From Octopus vulgaris (Eukaryota), in contig OX597814.1 of the NCBI GenBank assembly GCA_951406725.2, positions 75,144,001 through 75,208,000 on the forward strand: a stretch of 64,000 nt of DNA, read 5' to 3'. Numbering within the stretch: the first letter of the stretch is position 1; each line of letters begins with the position of its first letter. The notes under the pieces are model-generated. The model saw nothing but the letters and a program-made list of their open reading frames with translations, was not told where the DNA came from and did not search any database. Of the stretch, positions 53,900 to 64,000 are shown in pieces. A program made the position numbers and the translations under genes.

Positions 53900-55010
53900 C
53901 TGGTCAGGAAGGAGTTGTGCCTATGGTTTTTACAGGTCTTTCTAGACTGCATGAAATCACCACTGTAGGAAAAAATGGGACAGATATTCTGGAAGAAAAG
54001 ATAAAGCATAGTAGTTAGTGCAGGTCCCAGAGGGGAGTGTAGACTATGTGGATGAGAAGGAGAGATGAGTAAGTTGGGTGTGTTTGAATGGAGATGGAAG
54101 GAGACTAACTTTCAGGAGCAGAAAAAGCCTTGTAATTAATTGTTATGATGTTGCTCCCATCACAATCCAATCTCTGGCCTATTTTTTTAATTTTTGTTTC
54201 TATAGTGGCCACTACAGAAAAAAAAAAAACAGGCCAGGGACTGGATTGTGATGGGAGCAAGATCATAACAATTAATTACGAAGCCTTTTCCTTCTTGGTT
54301 GTGGTCTAGAATGTTTGAGTGGAGTTAGCAGGAATGTATGAGAAATGAGAGCAATATTGCATATATTTCACTTGAGCTTAGTAGCAAGGTAGCATGTGTT
54401 TGGTGTTGAAGTATTTTCTGGAAGTAGATTTAGAAGGCTAATCATTGTGATGTTGTCTTTACCAAGCTGAAGGACCAGTGACGGTGCAAGCCAAATATCC
54501 ATAGCAACATTGAGTATTGTCCATGTTTAGTGGGGATGGTGGTGGGTGAGGTTCAATATTGTTTTCTTGATATGTGCAGTGATTATTTCTTTGTGTTAGT
54601 GAAGGTATCAAGATTAACATGACCCCATTGGAGAATGTTTTCCAGGTTCCTGTTCATGAAGTCATTACTGATTTTGCAAGGGTACCATAAATAGACAACA
54701 AAGGTTGCAACAATGCATCATATGCATACAACACAGGTATATGATGCTTAAGTGCAGAAGGTTAGGGAAGAGTATGGATGGAGCATTGTCGACAAGTAAA
54801 AGCAAGTTGCTGATATAGAGAAGAAACAGTGAGGAGGACAAAAGCAAGTATTGGAGCACACTAGAGTTGACAGAGTGTAGGTTACAAAGAAATCATCAGC
54901 AATCTCAGCAACGGAGCAGTCTAACAGAGAGCCTCCAATCCAAAAGACTAGAAGTGGATGAAACCCATAGAGAAGCATTTTTAGCAAGGATATTCCCATA
55001 CCAGACAAGT
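53900..55010 (-). mobile_element. Highly decayed CR1/Jockey-like LINE RT 3' region
   Basis: Minus-strand remnants LLSSSLFLLYISNLL (cf. SVLSPTLFLLFINDL), ILDHNQ..K and SFLP. Confidence 0.5.
54121..54290. repeat. 170-bp near-perfect loopless palindrome
   Basis: Centre tagtgg|ccacta at 54208/54209; arms gtaattaattgttatgat.ttgctcccatcacaatcca.t.cctggcct and its reverse complement. Confidence 0.95.
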
Positions 55011-55559
55011 CTGAATGCTTTATAACACTATTTAAAATAACATAACAGTAAACGTTCTTTTTTTATAACATATTCTTCATGATATTTAAGTTATAAACTG
55101 CATCATTAAATTCTCTGTTAATAAATATAAGGAATACTTCAATTATTATTATTTTTTTTTATAACTGTTTCGCTAACTAATATCAAGTTAAACTACTGCA
55201 ACAGTTTGTTTTGAAACTATCCACTGAAATTGTGAATGTGCTTGCATATTTTACAACCATTCTAATGATTTTCTGACATTAGAAATTTTACACTCCTTAA
55301 GTAAAGGTTGATTAGCTTTTATTTGGACTTCTTCACAATGTCGAATTGAATATATTTTGACATACAAACTGAAAGAATCATTAAGAAAAACAGACACAGT
55401 TCCTACAATATAAAGAAACTGTTTTAATTTAAATCTAGCAACAAAATAAAATTAAAACCTTAACTGGAATTGAGTTGATTTATCCTTTATGTTTTATTTT
55501 TGAAGAGCTTACACAGCAGCATATGACCCCACATACATTTAATTGCAATATTGATGTGT

Positions 55560-56200
55560 ACACCAAGGGTGCTGGACACTAGTGAGCAGCAAGGTACAAT
55601 CTCTTAGTTTCCTTCTCAACATCATTACTGTTTCTCATTTTCCACTTTGTTACAAGACTTCCATCTTCAGGAATTCTCCTCCCTTCTCAGTAGTCGATAT
55701 GCATTTTTGCCACCATTTGAGTGTCTTATCAGTTTCTCAAGATATTAACTGATGTATTAATTTTTATGCAAGGAACTTTGAGTTTAGATGTCCACATGGG
55801 CTGTGAACCATTGTTCTGTTGATGGTGTCAAAAAGGCTTTGGTCTTTTAGTGTCTAGAAGTAGCTTCTAGACGCTAAGAAAGCAAAATGTTTTTGTTGCA
55901 AGAACATAAAATGACCAGTATCTCTAGTTCTATCATTGTTGATGATATTCAAAGCTGAATGTATGAATGGGCATGTAATTCTTTTTGCTATGTCTTTATG
56001 TATAACAAACTTTCTGTCTACTATGGTGTACATATCAACAGAATACCTGTGTATAGGTCTTGACATTATCACAAGTGATTAAAGTAGATTTATGAACCAT
56101 GAATTAGTGTGAAGCGAAATCCATGCATAACACTTTTTTTCCCTAGAAGAGTGTAATTCCAAAGTTGTGTCCATCTTCTTCACTTATAAAGATAAGAAAA
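55560..56200 (-). mobile_element. Highly decayed LINE RT remnant
   Basis: Minus strand ..KRITCPFIHSALNIIN.. resembles the RT QG-x-P-LF region; downstream LKWW..I resembles the RTE C-terminus. Confidence 0.35.
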
Positions 56201-58699
56201 CACCAAACAGTATCACATGATCGGTCTCACTTTTGATGTTTCTGTCTCAAAGTTTAGGATAATATGCTTTTTTTTTTCATGTTCTTGTTCACTCTTAATC
56301 ATGATTCATCACTCCTTCTGTATTGCCAGCCATCACTCTCTGACCCCTGCCATACATCATTTTGCCTACCTCTGCTATTGCCCTCATTTCCCCACTGTCT
56401 TCACCCCAATCAGTAAGTCTACCATTATACTCTTACACTTTCACCCACTCATTCTGCCCCTTCTGTCATTAACTTTCTATTTCCCTCACGGGTAACATTG
56501 CCTTGAACAGACATAACATCTTAAGGTAGTGAGTACTCTTTAGGTAATCCCTCTTGCGATGGTGTGAGGCTCTTCTCTGCCGAGTGTCACTTCTAGAGTG
56601 ATGGCAAATGAGCAGAGAACAATTAGAGTTAAGAGGTACTTTTGGTCCTGTCTCACTGAGGACTTTAAAATCTCTCTAGTATTTGTGCCATGAAGAATGC
56701 ACTCAATACATACTGTAAAGTTTAAAGTTAAGTATATGATAATCTGTTTAGTGTTAGTCCCACAAGAAATGCAGCTAATACAAATCAAGCGAACATTGAA
56801 CATAAAAAAATCTGTCTATGAGAGTTGCAGCTTCCATTAAGAACTTGGATCATGATGATCTGTCAAACCCATAACATCATGGAAAGTGGACATAAGAATG
56901 ATGATTGATATACAGAGTGGTGGTGGAGGATATAAAAGAAACATACAGAAATTAACTACAAACTGAGTAGTAGAATGAATAAAAAATTAAATTATATTAA
57001 AATGTCTTTTAGCATATAGTTTTCTGGCTCATAAAAGGCCATGATCAGAGGAAGGGTCACAATAAGGACTATATTTTAAATATTGAATGAAATTGAACAT
57101 AAACAGACTGACAATGTGTTTGTAGCAATAATGATAAAAGATTATTTAAGAGAAAGATAGAGGGGAAAAAATCATTTTTATGTTGAAGTTTTCATGTGGG
57201 TATAGGTTGGATGGGACTTTTGGCGGCAGTATTTTATAGGTGGATTTCCTTCTTGATGCCATCTCTTTTTAGTCATCTCCTATGACATAGAGGTATATGG
57301 TGTACCTATTCTAAAATTAAGATACACATATCATTCAGAAGTTTAAGGGAAATTTAAGTAAAAATTAAACTTTATTAAATTGTTGCCTAGCTTACAGTCT
57401 TCTAGCTGATGAATATCTACAAAATATGATAAGAAGGTATGTCAAAAAGAGAATTATATTCTAAATATTGAATGAAGAGTTAAGTTTTCATTAGAAGTGT
57501 GTCTAGTAGGAAAGAAATATGAGAGTATCACAGGATAGATAATTTGAAGCATTAATGGTTTCTGGAATATTCTTAAATTGTACATGTATATGAATAATTT
57601 ACATTGGTGCTGTATAGATCACTAAAAATATAATAGAAACTTTCACAGTGAGATGGTGAATAACATCTATGATATTATTTTGTGGGTGGGGTTGGGGATG
57701 TGTTTTGTAGTTTTTGACTCAGTCTAAAACAGAGATACATTCATAAATGTACTAAATATATAAATATTTTCTTCTTATAACAGGTATTTAACTTCAGCTT
57801 GTGCTGTAAAATATATGCTTCAAAAAAATTTGTAACGATGACACTGAATTTTCACATTGTCAGCTTCTTGCATGATTTAAAAAACACCTAAATAAAGATT
57901 TAATTTTTTTTTTTTTTTACCTCAAGAGGATAATTTGTAGAGAAATAACAACTTACAAAAAAATACTGTTACAATCTTATATAGATATAAATAAAACTGT
58001 TGCATCTCATAACTGCTAATTTAAATGTGGCCAAAGGATATTGTACAGTTACACATAATATAGACACAAGTAAAGAATAAGAAATGATATTCTTAAACTA
58101 ACAATTAGATACAACCCACATGACAGAAGAAAGTACGTTGTATTGATTAGCAGCTTTGATTTATTAACCACATAATTACACATACACACGCACACTTTAA
58201 AAAAAAAAATTCCAGAGCAGAAGTTAATTCTCAACCTGCATCTGATATTGTAAAATGCAGCAATATTGATTTTTTCATCACCTAGCTTTAATCGTGGAAA
58301 GGGAAAATTTTTGAAATATTATTTATGGCTATCTATAATGGTTACGACTAACACTCATTTTTAAAAAAAAAAAAAGATAGTATCATATGTATACTGAAAT
58401 GAAATCATTTCACCAATGCTTTGTATGATGAGGTTTCAAATTCACATGTGTCAGTCTACCTAGCAAAGTACAATCTGAAGAATTTGGGGTTGGATAAAAG
58501 AAATCATAAGCAAACAAGAAGGTATTTTGATTTTGTCAGTTATTAGAATAGATCAACCACATAATTGATACCATGCACATATTACTTCAGTCTTTTAAGT
58601 TTCTGGCTCCAAATCAAAACAGATAATTGCTAGCCTAGTTATATATTCTAGGTAGTTTAAAAATGATCGAAATAAAATATTTATAGCCTTCATACTAGT

Positions 58700-59770
58700 T
58701 TGCTATATTTTCCTTCTACAGACAATGATATGAATTTCTGCTTAAATCAAAGACAGAAAAAAAGCTCAACAATATGCTACTAAACTTTACACAAACACAA
58801 TATATATAACACTAACTTCATATACCCACCTACCAACATCTATCCTCAAATTGTCTGCTCTTAATACTATGTACATATAAAGCTTCTTCCTTCCTTTTTC
58901 CCCCCATCACCCAACTTGCTAACCATTTATATTTCCTATAAAATCACAGACACACTCCTACTATTCTTTCATACATACTTTGAACAACTTTCTGTCCTCT
59001 GTCTTGACAAAAAAAAAGTTTTTTTTAGCTGTCTTCCACTAGCCCTTCTCTAAAGATCTTGTCCATATTGGATTATACTCTCTTAGATTTAACTCCCAAC
59101 CGCATTGTACTTTTTATATGCACAAACACACAGAAAGCCAACTCTTTATAATATACACACAAAACATCACAAAGACTTGTACATACTCTGAGCAAATACC
59201 TGTGCTACACTTTGACCAATACACACATTTGAATTACAAGTGCATGCGCACACACACGCCAACACAAAATGCTATTCATATTTCACATGCATTCAATCTT
59301 ACAGCCTGATACATTCACACCACACCCACATATCAACTCACCTACACATTAACACTAACACCATCCAATATGACATGCACACATATCATTAAACACATGT
59401 GTACCCAACCAAACACACTCATATATGCAATCTCTACATACTGGCTATCAAAAGTACACATATTGATACAAACACCTACACACCTGCCCACATCTCCCTT
59501 TCTGACTACCTCATAGAATGACAGTCCTCCCTTTCATCTTTGTCATCTTCCCATTTCTACCCAATTATATTACAGAATTTGTTTTCTCTCTCTCTCATTC
59601 TCACACTTCCTCCTCTTCTCTCTATGTGTCCTCTTCAGTTCCCCTTCTTTCTTTTTAAGGACAAATATCTGAAACATTAAAGACACTTCACTTTTCCTTC
59701 AAGTGCTAAACTTAATAATATATTATTATGACATTTATCCTCTCTGTATTGTTTTAACTATATTTACTGT
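58700..59770 (+). mobile_element. Ancient Penelope-like copy
   Basis: CA-rich then pyrimidine-rich tract, ending ctttctttttaaggacaaatatctgaaacattaaagacac, a decayed version of 46019-46060. Confidence 0.45.
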
Positions 59771-61426
59771 TTTTTTTTCTAATTTTAATTTTTATTTTAC
59801 ATACACATGACAAGACAAATGATGACTATTAACATCAATAAGAAATCTGTGTGTTTACTTGACCTGCAAGAAATAACCAAACCTTGCTCATATCCAACTC
59901 TACTGTTGCAAATATTTACAATCACTTTATGCACAAGTATTTCAGTTTATGAAAGGCATTGGATATGGTGGACATAAAGATACTGACTGTAAATAAGATG
60001 GAATGGTCATGCCTATTATACTTTTGATCACAGTCACAGTTGACAGGGTCAACTTAAATTTTAATTGTAAAATTCCTGCAAAATGTAAAGCATTGACAGG
60101 ATGTTTACACATACAACAGATTTCTTTTGCTATGGTGCAAAGAAGTATTTTAAGCCAAAGCACGCACCCTCTTAAAATGATCCTCTTTTACTCCTTAAAC
60201 TTATTTTATTGACCCTGATGTAAATAGAACTATTAAATGCAAATCCCTATAAAGGTATATATTTCACACAATCTAGTTTAACATGCATGCTAACACTTGC
60301 ACTTAAAGCAACACCTTGCTTAATCTTGATATTGATTTCTTACAATAAGAGACATTAATTCTTGTAAACGTAAGGAAGTCTATCGAATTAATCCAGAAAA
60401 TTGCATGGTTTCTTTTTTCAAATTTTAAGAAGTTGGTTCCAGCAGGATATACATAATTATTTACTTCTAATATTGGCTCAAGGCAATATACTATATATAC
60501 TTTATACAGCTATTTGAATTCACTCTGGAAGGTTAAGAAACAACCCTAGCAGAATGTAAAGGTTGAACATAAAACTGTAAACAAAACCTATTCAATAAAC
60601 AACAGTGCACACACACACACTCACACAATAAACAACAAAAACAAAACACAAAATTCTTCCAAATGATTAGCCTAGACAAATTTAAGAGGATTAACAGATC
60701 AAGATTTTTCACAAAAGTATTAATTATTCAAGAAATGTTTCTATTTCTTGCTAACATACAGAATAAAAACTGAAAGTACAATAAATGATAGAGATTCTCA
60801 TTTACAAAAATGAGGTATCAATTACTCCTTATAGAGATAAAGGTGAGAGCCACAGTGAACATCTATTTACATTTGTATGAAAAGATTCAAACATATATCA
60901 GTTGTATAAAAGTTTGCTGCATATAAAGTCATACTGTGATTGCCTTCCTTAATATTACACTGAGGGCAGTGACTGGGCAGAATGAAGAGTACTGGACAAA
61001 ATGCCATGAAGTGTTCAGTTACACCTTTTTATGTTCTGAATTCAAAACCCACCCTTCCACATTCTAAAATGGTAAATATCAAGAACCTCAAATGGCTGTT
61101 CATCAACTGTTCTCTCCTTCAAAACTGTGATTTCTATCATAAATAGATATTAATATTATGATCAATATCACAATCAAACTGCTCAATTCCTACCAAAACT
61201 GCTCTTTTAACATATCACTGTACTGCTCATAAACTAAGCAGCACAACGGTCAGTGAAAAATGGTATCCATCAGATCCAACTAGCTGACACATTTCACTTA
61301 TTTACTTACTATGAAAGATATTCTAAAATTATGTAACTATAAGATTGTTAAGTCATAAATGATAAAGTTATAAAGTTCGTGTTATTATGAATATTATGCG
61401 AACATTTTTTGTATATAGAAAAATAG

Positions 61427-61700
61427 GTGCAAGCATGACTTTGTGTTAAGAAGCTTGCTTCCCAGCCACATATTTTTGGATTTAGTCTTGCCTTGTGAGT
61501 GGATTTGGTAGATGGAAACTGAAAGAAGCTCATCGTGTGTGTGTATATATTTACATCCTTGTAACTTAGCAGTTGACAAAAAGAGACTGATAGAATAAAT
61601 ACCAGGCTTAAGAAAAAATAAGTACTGAAGTTCATTCAATTAAAAATTTTTCAAAGTAGTACCCCAGCATGACCGCAGTCTAATGACTGAGACAAAAGAT
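61427..61700 (+). mobile_element. SINE family B, internally deleted
   Basis: gtgcaagcatgactttgtgttaagaagcttgcttccc...gtgagtggatttggtagatggaaactgaaagaagc...ccccagcatgaccgcagtc. Confidence 0.8.
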
Positions 61701-63155
61701 GAATGAGTATTACTGAATATATGACTGGACTAAAATCAGCCATCCTCTGTATGTGTTTGTGTGTATATGCACATGTACATCACCAGTGTTAATAGAACTT
61801 CATTTTACATTTCCTCCATTAAAACTAACAAAACACAGTATTGCAGTAATTTAACATTCAAAATTCATAAAAAAAAAAAAAACCTCTCAAAGCTCAACCT
61901 TTCCTGGAATTTCCTACTTAAATTTGTGCCCTTCAAAAGAAACCCTCTTGATGCTTTATTAGCATTTGCAAAAGAAAGCAGTCAGTTTGTCACACTCAGT
62001 TTGTGTTTGCATTCTAGAGAATATATTATAGCATTTCTTTTGCAATTCTGCAATTTCTTAAAGGTCTAAGAAACCAATTTTTTCTTAACACTTTTTCATT
62101 ATCCTTAACTGTGGAAAGTAGTTTTATATACTAATCTATCTTTCATTGAGGAATGTCATTTTTAAAAATATTTTTTTGTTGAGATAACATCAGTTTTATT
62201 GAGGCAGCATAACTTGAAGAAAATACCAATTCTATTTTTTTTTGGTATACATTTAACATCATTACTGGAATAACCATGAAATTTGATTTGCAGTTAAAGG
62301 ATTAAAATTTTTGTTATCCCATTACATTATATAAGTAGAACATCTTTCAGTACTTAACTGGAGATTTTATAAAAACAAAGAAGAAAGAGAAAAAGAGAAA
62401 AAACAGTTACAGAATTACTGGGATTTTCACTGACAACTTACAAAACCATATTGAATTAATTAACAAAATGTATTTGACAAACAAAAATTCATGTGAGCAT
62501 TGCATTTCTAAACTAATGTGCACAGGCAGTAAAATCAGGGTAACTATGAAGAAATGTTAACTATTTGGATGGATGATTTATCACCCACTACTCTCCCAAA
62601 CTTAAAAGCACTGAATATATTAAATCAGTTGAACAAGAAGCTGAAGAAGTTAGCCAAATGTTTGTTGAAACTACCTTAATCAATGATAGTTTTGTACAAA
62701 TGGAGCAGAAGGTAGGATCTGAAGAAGCCAATGTTATATTCAAGAGATATTGTATGTTAATAACAAGACCTTCAGCTGTGAAGATTCTAAGGAGTTAAAA
62801 GTAGGTAGGTGTTGACTTCACAAAGCAAAGAAAAAAATCCTCCTTAGTTGGCTTTAACAATACAGATTAGTGAAATAACATGCTTTACTTTCAGAAAATG
62901 ACTCACATATTGAGTGAAACATGACAAAAGATCTGTAATAATAGTGCTGAATTTCTATAGACATTTGTAAGGTAGCAACTAAGTAACTAACTTGTGATGC
63001 ATATTTTTGTATAAGTCTAACAGAACCAATAATCTTATATACAACTTTTTTTTGTTTAATAAATAAATTAGCTATTTTGTTTAAAGTATCTCTTCCATAT
63101 AAAGTATACTTGTGGTTTAATTGAATTTTATTCAAAGAGGACTACTGTATTTTAA

Positions 63156-63972
63156 CCCTTTCAACCCAGAATTTTTTCTCAAGATTTGCATGCATTTTCT
63201 CTAAAATTTTGGTAAAACTATATAATGTAGATGCTTATTAGACGGTTTATGATGGTGTCAGTTATGTAGACACTATTTTTAATCTGGTACATATTTGTAC
63301 CATTTGGTTTATCTAATCTACCATGCATGTATCATTGTATTTAGATGAAGTACCATGTATGTACCAGTTGCATCAAAATATTGCAGTGAATCTTGCAAAA
63401 AAAAAAAAAAAATGAAAATTTCAAATATTAGGGAGTAGTATGAAGGTTGATTGAAAAATTGTATATGTATGTTTGATTCACAACAAAATGAAGTTTCTCT
63501 ATAGAACAGTTTATAACACAACTGGAACAATCTTAGCTATACAACAAACAAACAATGGTACAAGAGTGTACCTATACAAATCCACAATGGTACAGGAGTG
63601 TACCACTAAAAATTATTTACTTTTAGAAATATGTATTGCAAGAATTACTATCCAAAGCTTATAAACTATGCACAACATGTTTATGATTAAGTAAATATGT
63701 TTACAGTGAAGAAAATGTTATAAATAACTTACCAAAGCATGAGAACCAATAATAAACACTTAAAAGCAGTCGGTAATGGCAGGGATTAGGGTGACATGTG
63801 AGCCTTTTGAGCTGTCATTATAGTGTCATACACTCCAATTATATGTCTGATGCTACATACTTACCAGAAAACCAGAGCGATACTATACTGCATTACACAG
63901 AATGGGAAGTTTAAAGATTTGGGTGGTAAAATTTTTGACTGGTACAAATATGTACCAGCCGAGCCAAAATGG
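63156..63972. mobile_element. piggyBac-like non-autonomous element (MITE)
   Basis: TTAA on both sides (63152-63155, 63973-63976), ends CC(C/A)TTT, and a perfect 19-bp subterminal inverted repeat ctggtacatatttgtacca (63284-63302 / 63940-63958). Confidence 0.6.
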
Positions 63973-64000
63973 TTAAATACGTATACTATTTCTTTCAATA

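Noticed and set aside
59645-59690. Hammerhead-position sequence in the ancient PLE copy
   Set aside because: The core is too decayed (no CUGANGA) to call a ribozyme.

Overview
Eukaryotic, AT-rich, repeat-dense genomic DNA, most likely an octopus or other coleoid cephalopod (inferred from the SINE/RTE families and the huge TA/TACA microsatellites). The only host gene I can support is a minus-strand polypeptide GalNAc-transferase (GALNT1/13-like). It has three small in-phase exons (22240-22136, 7779-7677, 4056-3886), and everything else appears to be intron, including more than 41 kb above the first exon. The introns hold decayed transposons: RTE LINEs (one near full-length, with a PHD-type zinc finger inside its RT), CR1-like LINE pieces, Neptune-like Penelope elements with GIY-YIG, two mariners, a Tc1, a Tigger/pogo, a Helitron, a piggyBac-like MITE and several tRNA-derived SINE families. 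The most notable signal is a cluster of eight type I hammerhead-ribozyme motifs from about five sequence families between 31 and 48 kb. Two have intact cores and palindromic stem III, lie in sense with the host pre-mRNA, and sit in a duplicated ~2.4 kb cassette that brackets the RTE element. All calls were made by eye; repeat boundaries are approximate unless TIRs, TSDs or splice sites are quoted.
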